Assembly (NCBI GenBank): GCA_040285745.1
Contig: JAUFOR010000005.1
Span: 496,001-560,000, forward strand
From: Barthelona sp. PCE
Taxonomy: Eukaryota
DNA length: 64,000 nucleotides
Reading direction: 5' to 3'
The notes under the pieces are model-generated. The model did no database searches. It was not told the origin of the DNA and saw nothing but the letters and a program-made list of their open reading frames with translations. The position numbers and the translations under genes are program-made. Position 1 is the first letter of the stretch. Each line of letters begins with the position of its first letter. Positions 32,403 to 42,620 of the stretch are shown piece by piece.

Positions 32403-32558
32403 ACTACCAAAAACAAATGCGTAAAAGGTAAAGATATGAAAAACAAGTTGTTAGACCTTTCTTTCCTCCTTACAACTCACTGTATTAAGCAGTACCTCGT
32501 CCTAGACACCCTACATACTTCGATTATTAACCGATTCACAGCTTATTTGGGCTAAACA

Positions 32559-33899
32559 ATGAAAGATAACAAACGCTTTAAGGTAGAGTTAGAGCCACCC
32601 ATTGACGGACAGAAAGTAGAAGCGAAGCGGGCAAAGCGTGACACACAAATCCACCATCCGCGTGCGAGAAAAGCCAGCGAATTTTTGGATGATGTAGACG
32701 TTCATGCTGCTCAATTGGATGCCCCTTTATTCTTTAAGCGCCGCGATCCAAACACAACTCTTAGACAATATGACATGGACGAAGCTGACGCTGTTTTTTG
32801 TGATGAAAATGAGCTAGATTATGATCTTTTTGAACGTATTATTGCAGAATTTGAGTACTTTGCGTTCCTTACCCGACGCCATGAAGCCAAAAAGAGCAGA
32901 ACAGATAAAAAAAAGAAACATTTATTAATCAACGAATATATTCCAAGTCTTGAAGATTGTCTTGATATATTCAATGTTGATTACGATGTCAATATAATGA
33001 GAATCATCTACCCACATTGGACTGAAAAGCGTAGTCGCAGTCTAAGATCACTCATTTATTACTATCATGTTTACCCTCCACCAACCCATAACATGTCTCA
33101 GTCTCAGGAGCTCTATGATCCTAGTAATGCGGGTTCTTTACAGTTCCGCGATCTACACATACACATTGGAGAGCTTGAGCATCTTACCAATCTTAACAAA
33201 AAAGTAGTGCATCGAGAAAACTTAAAACGCGATTTGTTCTTAAAAGAGCTTGAATTGATGCAAATTAGAGAAAAGAATGCGCTGCTGAACAGTACTATTA
33301 ATTCTGAAGGTGGTAGATCTTTCTCTAAATTTGAAACAGCTTTTAAAAATTTAACGTTTTTACCTACTTTGAATGATCAGTTACAGGAGAATTACAGCGT
33401 TTATCTCCCGTTCATTGAAGAGATATTGCGAAAGAAGCTCGATAATCAAGAAACTGAACTTGAGATTAAGCAAGAAAGTGTAGAAAAACTTGAACTTGAA
33501 GACAGCAAAGATTTACAACTTTTCCGTGTACTCAAGTTACGCCAATTCTTTATTTCTGGGTCTGGGGATTACCAAAAACTTTTTTCTGATTTAGATCTAA
33601 AGAATGATGAAGTAGATTTGATTGAGCCACCGTATGTCGTTGATGCTTACTGTGAGGAGTTTGATTCACATGAATTCTGGAGTGAGTTGCTCCGTGGCAT
33701 TGATAAAATAGAAGCTACTGGACAACCTTCATTTGAAAATTTGTTTTTAGCAGAAATCTTTCATAACAGGCTGCGTATTGATATATATATTGCTGAAGCT
33801 GAATTATCTCATGGAATACCTATGGTTAAGGTAACAAATTCTGTTTTTGCTCGAAGATTAGCAATTTTATTAAACATATGCAAAAGAGGTTATTCATAA
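32559..33899 (+). CDS. Enhancer of polycomb-like (EPL1/Epc-N domain) protein
   Basis: YDMDEAD..F...LFERIIAEFE and IYPHWTEKRSR..SLI motifs; downstream V.HRE.LKRD helix. Confidence 0.7.
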   Translation: MKDNKRFKVELEPPIDGQKVEAKRAKRDTQIHHPRARKASEFLDDVDVHAAQLDAPLFFKRRDPNTTLRQYDMDEADAVFCDENELDYDLFERIIAEFEYFAFLTRRHEAKKSRTDKKKKHLLINEYIPSLEDCLDIFNVDYDVNIMRIIYPHWTEKRSRSLRSLIYYYHVYPPPTHNMSQSQELYDPSNAGSLQFRDLHIHIGELEHLTNLNKKVVHRENLKRDLFLKELELMQIREKNALLNSTINSEGGRSFSKFETAFKNLTFLPTLNDQLQENYSVYLPFIEEILRKKLDNQETELEIKQESVEKLELEDSKDLQLFRVLKLRQFFISGSGDYQKLFSDLDLKNDEVDLIEPPYVVDAYCEEFDSHEFWSELLRGIDKIEATGQPSFENLFLAEIFHNRLRIDIYIAEAELSHGIPMVKVTNSVFARRLAILLNICKRGYS

Positions 33900-33932
33900 A
33901 AAAAAAAATTAGTAAAAAATTGTGCAAAATTC

Positions 33933-35885
33933 TTACTTCAACTCTGTAAATGCTGTAAATTGCTGAAGATGGCAATTTTGAAGAAAATCAGTCACATGAT
34001 AATTCAACTCTTCATATCCAAATTCTGTACACTCATCATTTAATCTTAAAATTTCCATACTAAAATGCAAATTGCTCAAAATCTTCCAGTAATAGACTAG
34101 CACAAACGGTTTAGGTGAATAATAATTGGAGCATCCGAAAACATCATTGTTAACATCTGGTGGCTCAACAATATTAATATCTCCCAATGTACCGATGACG
34201 TACAGCTGTTCCTGGATATAAACGGCGCCCGGTGCGACAAATACCGGATCAAAAGGTGTGTCATACGAAGCCAAAACTTTGAACTCCAATTTCTCTGTAT
34301 CCTTATTAAAAAGTATATGACAACAATTATTTTTATCGTTATAATCTGATTTTATATTCACAATAACTTCCTCTGCTGCATAATCATTGCAAAGAAGAAA
34401 ATATATACTGCAATCACCGTATAAAAAATCAAAAGCAAAAGTTCTTTCCATTATAATGTTCATTTCTTCATCAAAAACAAATAATTTCAGTGTATCTTTG
34501 TAGGCTACCCAAAGATAATTATCTACAAGATCACAAAATTGATTATATCCAACTGATACATCTTTAACAAACAACTCTCGAAAAAATACTTCTTTCACGA
34601 TAACATATTTGTTAAATAGCATAGGCTTACACCCTCTATCCTCAAAAGTTGTGGGCAACTGTGCCAGTTCTTCATCATCAATGTATAAATGATATGAATT
34701 CTCTGATCTGGTAACATAACATATCTTCCAAGCCTCTTCATCCTTATCATAAAACCTCGTTACCTTACACAACTTAACTTTCTCTCCTGTATCAGAGGAC
34801 CTAATGACAGTGAGTGTATTATCATAAAAATCCCAAAATAATTGACCTAATAGAAAATTTTTTGCCATAAAATGACTTAAAATTGGTTTATACGAGTTAC
34901 AGATAACAAAAGAGGCCCTTGCCGCGTCCTTTATGAGCGGGAAAAGACCAGATGTCTCTCTTTGATTGATACCACCCTGATGAAACAATTGCTCATTCAG
35001 TAACAGCAAATCACAACATGGTATACATACCTCGTCATGGGTATAGTAATCTGTCTTCTGTGAGATGAATACTTTTGCTGATCTTAAGTCAAAACTATTG
35101 TTTTTAAGTATAAAAAATAATTTTTGAAAACGAAAAAATGATTCTCCTTCAAGATAGACCGGAAATTCATACTCCAGTGGATTCTGCACATAAGAATCCC
35201 CTCTTAACTCACACTTCACATATCCTTCATCTGTTTTAACAACAAAACAACAGTCATTTGTTGTTCTATCCAATGAAACATATCTTACATCCTTTAACGG
35301 GTGATCTTCCACAATATACGGTTCTCCGGTGGGGGAAAAACGCAGTTCTAAAGCGATGGATTCTTTAGTTATTAAATAAACATAACCTTCCTGAACAAAT
35401 ATTTCCAAATTATCAATATTTAATTCCAATTCATATGTCTTTTGTTCCATAAGATCAACTACACACAGCGTTTTGTCGCCGCTGTCAGTGATATACACCC
35501 ATAAATTCTCATTTAAAAGCTTTCCATAAGAGAACACACACGGAATACGAATTTCTTTCCAAAGAACAACTTGATTATCAATGAATTTGTATAAGAGAAG
35601 TAACATTGTGTATGATGGATGGTCGAATGACTCTCTGAATATAGAGCATTGATATAAAATCTCACTATCAAGCAAACTTACCCGTAAACCCTTTGTGCTG
35701 TACAATGATACAACATCATCATCTGATATCAGCTTTTTGTCTGGTACCGGAACGATTCTGGTCTCATCTATCCGGTAAACATCGCATTTGTTATCCATTT
35801 CTTTTGAAGTTACAACTAGATCTTTGGATCCGTTAATATAGCGAAAAGAAAAACGTTCTGAGTGCTGAATGTAGGTCTGTGGCAT
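33933..35885 (-). CDS. Hypothetical beta-rich protein (650 aa), lineage-specific family
   Basis: Long AT-rich ORF; C-terminus resembles that of 50235-52022. Confidence 0.75.
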   Translation of the reverse strand: MPQTYIQHSERFSFRYINGSKDLVVTSKEMDNKCDVYRIDETRIVPVPDKKLISDDDVVSLYSTKGLRVSLLDSEILYQCSIFRESFDHPSYTMLLLLYKFIDNQVVLWKEIRIPCVFSYGKLLNENLWVYITDSGDKTLCVVDLMEQKTYELELNIDNLEIFVQEGYVYLITKESIALELRFSPTGEPYIVEDHPLKDVRYVSLDRTTNDCCFVVKTDEGYVKCELRGDSYVQNPLEYEFPVYLEGESFFRFQKLFFILKNNSFDLRSAKVFISQKTDYYTHDEVCIPCCDLLLLNEQLFHQGGINQRETSGLFPLIKDAARASFVICNSYKPILSHFMAKNFLLGQLFWDFYDNTLTVIRSSDTGEKVKLCKVTRFYDKDEEAWKICYVTRSENSYHLYIDDEELAQLPTTFEDRGCKPMLFNKYVIVKEVFFRELFVKDVSVGYNQFCDLVDNYLWVAYKDTLKLFVFDEEMNIIMERTFAFDFLYGDCSIYFLLCNDYAAEEVIVNIKSDYNDKNNCCHILFNKDTEKLEFKVLASYDTPFDPVFVAPGAVYIQEQLYVIGTLGDINIVEPPDVNNDVFGCSNYYSPKPFVLVYYWKILSNLHFSMEILRLNDECTEFGYEELNYHVTDFLQNCHLQQFTAFTELK

Positions 35886-36087
35886 GCAAAAATCCCGAAA
35901 AAGGAAAAAAATGGGAAAACGGCGTTAAAAAAATTTACTGTGAAAACCCTGATCTTGTAGTTTTAACATGTATGGGAGTGCTCATTGGTGGCAATGCCTC
36001 TCCTTTATGAATAAATAGAGAAGCAAAAGTCGGCAAAAACATTTGCAATTACATTTATATCTACATTCATCCTTTTTCCTTCAGTTG

Positions 36088-36537
36088 ATGTCAATTCTCA
36101 TCCGCCTTTGTGAACCGGACGACTTCAATTCTGGGCATCTTTCAATTCTGGGGCAACTTTCTGATACAGTGAGTAATATCTCTAAAGACAAGTATTCCAA
36201 CCGTTTAACAACGTTATATTCTCAGAAATGTTTTGTCTTTGTTGCTATTGATAACAGAAGAAATCGAGAAGATCGTATCGTCGGATCAGCAACCATAATG
36301 CTTGAATCCAAACTTATTCATGAGTGTGGAGCAGTTGGACATATTGAAGACGTGGTTGTGCGCGAGGGAATGAGAGGGCTTGGTATTGGAAGGCTATTAG
36401 TCGCACATTTAATTAATTTCGCACGTCAAAACGGGGCTTATAAATGTATTCTTGACTGTGCGACGCATAATATTCCGTTTTACAAGCGTTGTGGGTTGGA
36501 GACCAAGGAACACCACATGGCAATGTATTTTGAATAA
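36088..36537 (+). CDS. GNA1: Glucosamine-6-phosphate N-acetyltransferase (GNAT)
   Basis: KLIHECGAVGHIEDVVV, RGLGIG, YKCILDC, FYKRCG; first ATG at 36088. Confidence 0.92.
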   Translation: MSILIRLCEPDDFNSGHLSILGQLSDTVSNISKDKYSNRLTTLYSQKCFVFVAIDNRRNREDRIVGSATIMLESKLIHECGAVGHIEDVVVREGMRGLGIGRLLVAHLINFARQNGAYKCILDCATHNIPFYKRCGLETKEHHMAMYFE

Positions 36538-36599
36538 TTGGATAACTGTAAATAAAGGGGATATCAAAATGAAACAAATTTTTGACATATGCTACACTT

Positions 36600-37406
36600 T
36601 TATTCATCAGTTTGATCCCGTTGAGCAGCAATAGTCTCGAACTTTTGCAGCTCAGCCATCAATTCCTCTTCCATACGCTGCAAACGAGCATTCTTTCTCT
36701 TTAATTTCTCCTTCTTCTGTAAATCACGAATATCACGCTCATGACGCATACTCTGACATTCCTTCTGGCGGGATAGAATCCTCTGCTCCTCCTTTTCATA
36801 AAAACGCTGACGATCACGTTGGAACTCCTGCTTACGTTCTTTAACTGCTTCAATACGTCTCTGTCTTTCACGTTCACGAATACTTCGCTGTGTAGTCTTC
36901 TTATTCCTGATTGAGGCTGCACGGTTGGCTTTTAATGCCTCAACCTTTTCCTTACTCTTACGTGCTTCCAACTCAATCTTTTGTTTCTCCCTTCTATTCA
37001 ATCTTATCCGCTCTTCACGTTCGATTTCCTCCTGGCGACGACGTTTTTTCTCCATAGCCATACGTTTCAAACGTTTTTGATGTTTACGTTCCTCCTCTTC
37101 TTTAGCAGCTTTTTCTTCTGCTAAACGACGAACTAACTCTTCTTTCTTGCGCCGAAGATGCCTGACACGGTTGGATGTTAGTCGTGCCTGCTGTTCCTCC
37201 ATGATATACTGCTTTGAAGGAGAAGTTGTTGCAGTATGTGCGAATCTTGGACTTTGGGGGGTTGTTGGAGACTTGTTGCTCCTAATTCGCTTTGCTGAAC
37301 GATTGGATCTTCCCGTAAATGATACACTATAAGGACTAGCTTCACTACTTGAATAAATTCCTGATCTAGATCCTGGTCTCTTGCCCTTCTTTGGTGTTTT
37401 GTACAT
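36600..37406 (-). CDS. Charged coiled-coil / single-alpha-helix protein, possibly cytoskeletal
   Basis: Ser/Pro-rich N-terminus followed by an E/R/K-rich helix. Confidence 0.7.
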   Translation of the reverse strand: MYKTPKKGKRPGSRSGIYSSSEASPYSVSFTGRSNRSAKRIRSNKSPTTPQSPRFAHTATTSPSKQYIMEEQQARLTSNRVRHLRRKKEELVRRLAEEKAAKEEEERKHQKRLKRMAMEKKRRRQEEIEREERIRLNRREKQKIELEARKSKEKVEALKANRAASIRNKKTTQRSIRERERQRRIEAVKERKQEFQRDRQRFYEKEEQRILSRQKECQSMRHERDIRDLQKKEKLKRKNARLQRMEEELMAELQKFETIAAQRDQTDE

Positions 37407-37511
37407 GATACACGTTGGGGAACAATGAAAATAGTTTAAAAAGGTAAAAAAAATGAGAACAAGTCCAAGTCTTTCAAAAAATATATATCTTTTATTGTAA
37501 TAAAAAACTAA

Positions 37512-38756
37512 CTAATCCATCTTCCAAACGCGAACGGTATTATCCTGACTCGCTGTAATAACAGTTGTTCCTTGATAATTAAATGCACAACTAAAAATAT
37601 CATGCTGATGACCTTCCAAAACCTGCAAACACTGGCCTGTCTCGATGTCCCACAGCCTGCATGTGTGATCTGCTGAGGCACTAAGTATCTGATGCCCGCT
37701 GGGATTGAAAATGACACGTGACACCTCATTACTGTGGCCGATAAAAACGTGGATAAGCTCTCCTTCCAGTGTACATAGCCTGATCGTTCCGTCACCGCTG
37801 CACGTGGCAACTAACAAACCATTTGGACTAAATGTGATATCCAAAACTTCATTTGTATGACCCTGAATGATTGATAAACATTCACCTGTTCTACTATCCC
37901 AGATTCGGCTTGTATGATCCATTGAAGATGATGCGAGCATTGTTCCTGCGTAATTCCAACGACAGTTACTAATCTCCTGACTGTGACCGGCCAGAGTTAA
38001 AAGACACGATCCTGTTGCAATATCCCAGATACGACATGTACCATCGAACGATCCGCTCAACAGCTTCGTGCCCTGTGTGTTAAATGATAATGTTACAACT
38101 TCTTTTGCGTGTCCATATAAAGTATGAATCTCTTCACCAGTTTCAATATCCCAGATTTTGATGAGATGATCCATACTTCCAGTCGCCAATATATCACCCT
38201 GGGGCGCGAATGCCATACATACAATCTCTGCCTCATGGCCTTTCAATGTGAAAAGACACTCACCAGTGTTTGAATCCCAAATTTTTGTGAGGAAATCAAA
38301 TCCTCCTGTTGCGATCCGATCACCATATGGGTTGTTGAAAGACACGGCATACACCGCGTTATCGTGTCCTGTAAGGGTGAGCTGTTCGTTACCAGTCTCT
38401 GTATCAAAAACTTTTGACGTACAATCATATGATCCTGTAACGAAACGGTCTCCGTTCTTATTGAATGCTACGTTGGTCAGTGGCATCATGTGGCCCCTCA
38501 AAACCTTAAAGCAACTGAAGGTACCACCCTTTAACTCAAGTTGCTTCTCAAGAAGCTTCTCAATCATCAACCGGATTTGCTTCTTGCGCTTAGATCTGAT
38601 CTGAGACTCTGCTTGCAGTACCTGGGTGACTAGTGAATCAAGATTGCTGTTTTCATTCAAACTAAGCAGATCAATGCTCTTTGTCGCACCTGTATCATAC
38701 TCCAGGATAATGCCTGGTGGGAAATACCTAAGTAGGAACCTCTTAATCTTTGGCAT
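37512..38756 (-). CDS. DAW1: Dynein assembly factor with WD repeats 1 (ODA16/WDR69)
   Basis: [17 protein letters not shown]-terminus, [24 protein letters not shown], eight WD40 repeats; ATG at 38756. Confidence 0.95.
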   Translation of the reverse strand: MPKIKRFLLRYFPPGIILEYDTGATKSIDLLSLNENSNLDSLVTQVLQAESQIRSKRKKQIRLMIEKLLEKQLELKGGTFSCFKVLRGHMMPLTNVAFNKNGDRFVTGSYDCTSKVFDTETGNEQLTLTGHDNAVYAVSFNNPYGDRIATGGFDFLTKIWDSNTGECLFTLKGHEAEIVCMAFAPQGDILATGSMDHLIKIWDIETGEEIHTLYGHAKEVVTLSFNTQGTKLLSGSFDGTCRIWDIATGSCLLTLAGHSQEISNCRWNYAGTMLASSSMDHTSRIWDSRTGECLSIIQGHTNEVLDITFSPNGLLVATCSGDGTIRLCTLEGELIHVFIGHSNEVSRVIFNPSGHQILSASADHTCRLWDIETGQCLQVLEGHQHDIFSCAFNYQGTTVITASQDNTVRVWKMD

Positions 38757-38795
38757 AACAAAAAGAAATGGACAAAAAAACAAAAACACATTTTT

Positions 38796-40214
38796 TTACT
38801 CGTACCATTCTATAAACGTTTCCGCGGTGGTGTTTGGTCTCGAAGGGAGGGCATAATCCATCATCTTATCCACAAATTGCTTTTTGAGCCTCTTCATCAA
38901 AATGTTATCTGCCTGTTTCTTCATAACAAACATGTTCTTTCGATGCTCTACGCGTTTCCTCAGCTCGTACATGAAGGTTTTCATTGTGTGAATTGTGCGA
39001 TAATGTTCAATTCTATCAAAAATCAACCTCAAAATTTGACAATTTCGCCTATTCCTAAACAAACCACTCCATTGTGATAAAACATGGCTCATGGTCTTTA
39101 ACCGTAAGTACCTCACACCATATGCCATTCTCCAACGTCTGTACAGCTTATACTTAACAAACCAATCAATCTGCATACCGAACAAGACATTCTTTAACTT
39201 TTGCTTATTTAACTCCTCACGCCATCTCTCCAAGCCACGACCTGCTACTCTAAGACGAAATTGATACCTACATTTGGCTAGAACAAGCATTCTTTGTAAT
39301 TGACAAAATACATTCCTTTTTAATCTTGATTGTCTACGTTCTATAAGTATCTTTAAAGAGCTCCCTATCACCTTTCTCTTCACTAAATAATCGTACCATA
39401 AATAAAAATTATCTTTTCTCAAAAAAAACTGACGAATACGATTCAATCGAAGTATTGCAATTGCCATAATTAACTTACGCGTTGCTTTCTGCAAGACACG
39501 GACACGCATGTCCCTTGAGTATAGCAGCTCTGCATATGCAACTCTCAATTTTAAAACTGATTTTTTTCTGCTACGAGTGTTTCTCAAAATAGTGTGCTGT
39601 TCTTCACTTTTTGATAAAGATACAGATAGAAAAACAACCCTTCTCCAGCGCGATGTGGTCTTTTTAAGTATTTCAGTTCTTCGGTGCATGTCAGCTAAAA
39701 CACAAAGAAGTTTGTTTCGTTTTTGTATTTGTTGCCATGCATCAAGACAATTTTTCAACAAAAAAGATATCTGTGCCTCAGAATAAACTCTATTGATGAT
39801 ATTTATGGCATGTTTATGTCGTTGCTTTATGATAGATGCCTGTGACCAAAAACGATAAACACCCAGTCTTATCCTATTTCGAAATTTTTTCTCTTGAAGA
39901 GATATACGCCATATACGCACACTCCTACTTACTGCATCGGCCTGGGAGAACATGTGGATCTGATGCTCTTCATGCCAATGGCGAATGCACCTCAATACAA
40001 GATAAAACTTTCTTCCCACATCAATACGATTAGCTAAGGAGTCTTTTTCTGCCCAATACCTGCTCTGATCTCTCCACCTGTTCATATAAAACTTGACCCT
40101 TGGGCCTTGTACGTTGCGGAAGTATTCATTGCGCCAATTCTTTATAGCTATCGTTAAAACCCTATGCGCACGTTTTCTGTAGAAGTCGATCAGCCCTTGG
40201 GTATCCAACTTCAT
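38796..40214 (-). CDS. Sfi1-like centrin-binding protein
   Basis: Basic helical protein with regularly spaced hydrophobic-x-x-W-[RK]-type motifs (AIKNWR, YMNRWR, CIRHWH, CLDAWQ, TTSRWR, LYRRWR); start at 40214 or 40277. Confidence 0.65.
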   Translation of the reverse strand: MKLDTQGLIDFYRKRAHRVLTIAIKNWRNEYFRNVQGPRVKFYMNRWRDQSRYWAEKDSLANRIDVGRKFYLVLRCIRHWHEEHQIHMFSQADAVSRSVRIWRISLQEKKFRNRIRLGVYRFWSQASIIKQRHKHAINIINRVYSEAQISFLLKNCLDAWQQIQKRNKLLCVLADMHRRTEILKKTTSRWRRVVFLSVSLSKSEEQHTILRNTRSRKKSVLKLRVAYAELLYSRDMRVRVLQKATRKLIMAIAILRLNRIRQFFLRKDNFYLWYDYLVKRKVIGSSLKILIERRQSRLKRNVFCQLQRMLVLAKCRYQFRLRVAGRGLERWREELNKQKLKNVLFGMQIDWFVKYKLYRRWRMAYGVRYLRLKTMSHVLSQWSGLFRNRRNCQILRLIFDRIEHYRTIHTMKTFMYELRKRVEHRKNMFVMKKQADNILMKRLKKQFVDKMMDYALPSRPNTTAETFIEWYE

Positions 40215-40438
40215 TTTTTCAGTCAATACTAAACAATGTGTTGAGTATAAAATTATATAACATGATAATGCTTTCATTTTATTTCAATAGATGTGTGAGA
40301 ATATGTGCCTATACTTAAATTCTACGAAAGGTCAACATAAAATGCTGAATTCTAGAAAATTGCTTCCCGGCTTTATTGAAATACTTTTTACTTACAAATC
40401 AAAGCACAAGGTGACATATAGGCGCTAGCCTTCAGACT

Positions 40439-40798
40439 TTATACTTGAGGTAGTAAACAGCGGAGGGGACGAAGCGAACCTTCTTGTGTGGATGGTGTTC
40501 CTAGAACCCTACATAGTTTTGTCTTACCCTTTTTTAAAAAAAAAAAGGGGGTATTGAGCCAATTCAAGATACAAACACGTATTTGATGTTCGAAACAGAC
40601 ATGATTTTGCACTTCTCTTTCAAGTCTGAAGAACTTCAATTTTCCTATTTTTTTCAACTCATTCAGCTCTTGAATTTTTCCAGCAATTGCATCTTTCCAA
40701 ACCTCCCTAAAATGAGGGTTCTCAAAACATATTTCATTTAACCGCATTCTGAACAATGAACAAAGAGTGTCATCAATTTCATAATTTAATTCAATCAT
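40439..40798 (-). CDS. Small hypothetical ORF (119 aa), uncertain
   Basis: ATG-initiated ORF with a plausible helical first ~80 aa; the 3' part runs through homopolymer tracts. Confidence 0.3.
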   Translation of the reverse strand: MIELNYEIDDTLCSLFRMRLNEICFENPHFREVWKDAIAGKIQELNELKKIGKLKFFRLEREVQNHVCFEHQIRVCILNWLNTPFFFLKKGKTKLCRVLGTPSTQEGSLRPLRCLLPQV

Positions 40799-40977
40799 TT
40801 TTTATTTCAAAATAAAGCAGGGGTGTAAAGCAGGGTTTTTTAACAGCAGGGAATAAGCAATAATTTTTTCTCAGCCCCGTGTATACAAAGTACTTAACTT
40901 GCTCATTCACATGTAAAGTCCGTACTAACGCTGCGTTTTTATTTTTTAAACCTTATATCCTAATTATCAACTGAAGC

Positions 40978-42279
40978 ATGGTTATAATCTACAAAAATGA
41001 TGACGGTTGTGCTTATACCAGGCAGTTAGATCCTGAAACAAACAAGTTTAAGCACATAGTTTTGTCAACTGAAGAATTCACTGGTCAGTATTGGTCTTCC
41101 AAAGACGGTAAAACCATAGCCACTGTGCACTTAACCTGCATCTGCGTATTCGATGTTCGTACATTAGAACGCTTATGGCGAATTAATACTAAAGAAAAAA
41201 TTTCATATGGTTGTCTCAGCATTGATGGTTTAATTCTATCATTTCGGGCTGGCAACAAGTATCGCTCAATAGACTTGAAAAGTGGCAATATTATATCGAG
41301 TATTGATTTCTCTTCTGGTAGAAATTGTTGGGTAAACTCTCAATTTATTTTTATTCAGAAGCGTACACAAATTCACATATATTCACATGAGAATAAGCGA
41401 GTTGCCTATTTTATTAAAGGTGATGTGCTAGTACAAGGATTCAACGGAGAAACGTATGTGATTCACAATTATTATGTTAATAATCGGCTTAAAATTTTAC
41501 TTGTTGATGCTGAAGGTTCTATTTTGCCCACTTTTGAGACAGATGCACTGAAATCAGTTAAATACGGTGATATTTCAGAAAAATATCTCGCTGTCGGAAA
41601 CCATTCAATATTTCAAGTGTATAACAGAAAAACAAGAGAAGTGGTAAAGTGCAACATTTCAACTAAAAGAATCAATTCAATTCATATTAGTCCAGATCAA
41701 GAGCATGTATTGTATTCACAAGAAAACGAATGGGAGGTTAGCAATATTCGTTCACCATTACCTATTACATCAGTGCTAAAGGAGTTCATGGAGCCAACAA
41801 CGAAATTTACAGTATTGGGAGAGGACTTGATGTTATTGAACAATCTAGGCAATTCATATTTCTATTATATGGGTAATATCATATCATATGTTCAAAATCA
41901 TATGATTCACCCAGTTAAAAATGGATATTTATTATTCTTTCCTGCCAAAGTATATTATTTAGACTACTATATGAAAAAAAGTGAAACAAAACTTTATAAA
42001 TGTCATCAAGGCATAATTGCGAAGGTTGAAGAAATAACAACGTCAATATTCAAGGTTTGTTTTTATGATGGAACGAATATTATAATGGAGTGGAACTACA
42101 CTGATGGTTTTGGCCGTAGTGCAATTTGGCAAGAAGGAAGTATTCCTCTTGATTCAAATGTGTGTATCAATAATCTGTTATTCGAGCTTGCTGATCAAAG
42201 GCAAATGTATAAATTCTATCTTCACGAATTATTTAAACTAGAAAGTCTTAGTGACGAATACGTTTTGCAATTACTGTGA
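40978..42279 (+). CDS. Divergent beta-propeller protein, paralog of the N-terminal domain of 6982-10893
   Basis: ICVFDVRTLERLWRI..GCLSIDG vs ILVFSTSTGEELARI..CSVSDDG; IHISPDQEHV vs IKISPNEKFI; FKVCFYDG..IMEWNYTDGFG vs FKITTNTG..LYNWQPDGKG. Confidence 0.75.
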   Translation: MVIIYKNDDGCAYTRQLDPETNKFKHIVLSTEEFTGQYWSSKDGKTIATVHLTCICVFDVRTLERLWRINTKEKISYGCLSIDGLILSFRAGNKYRSIDLKSGNIISSIDFSSGRNCWVNSQFIFIQKRTQIHIYSHENKRVAYFIKGDVLVQGFNGETYVIHNYYVNNRLKILLVDAEGSILPTFETDALKSVKYGDISEKYLAVGNHSIFQVYNRKTREVVKCNISTKRINSIHISPDQEHVLYSQENEWEVSNIRSPLPITSVLKEFMEPTTKFTVLGEDLMLLNNLGNSYFYYMGNIISYVQNHMIHPVKNGYLLFFPAKVYYLDYYMKKSETKLYKCHQGIIAKVEEITTSIFKVCFYDGTNIIMEWNYTDGFGRSAIWQEGSIPLDSNVCINNLLFELADQRQMYKFYLHELFKLESLSDEYVLQLL

Positions 42280-42620
42280 AAAGATGATGAAACCCCTCAA
42301 ACTCAGAATTTTGTGTTCGATATGGGTAAATAAATACTTAGTGTTATAGAAAGACAGAAGGTTGACCTCGCAAAACTTTGTATCTATCTAAACAGTTTAT
42401 TTTCTTCCAGAGTCTCATCCATGTTAACGGTTAGAAAGGGAGAGTAAACAGATTCTTTACAGAGATCTAAGTTCGGATATGGTGCCGCATACGGGGCTAC
42501 CATAGTTTGGAAGTCCAACATATGAAAAATAGTAGTATTTCAATTACTAAACAGACAGTTGCGGAAGGAAACAAAATCCTAATCACACCCACGAAGTAAA
42601 CTGCTTTGCCTCACAGTCCA

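Noticed and set aside
42288-42500. RNase MRP-like pair GAAACCCC ... ACGGGGCT, with a U6-like ACAGAGA
   Set aside because: The 5' element lacks the GU of GAAAGUCCCC needed for P4; ACAGAGA is not followed by the AGC triad and ISL.
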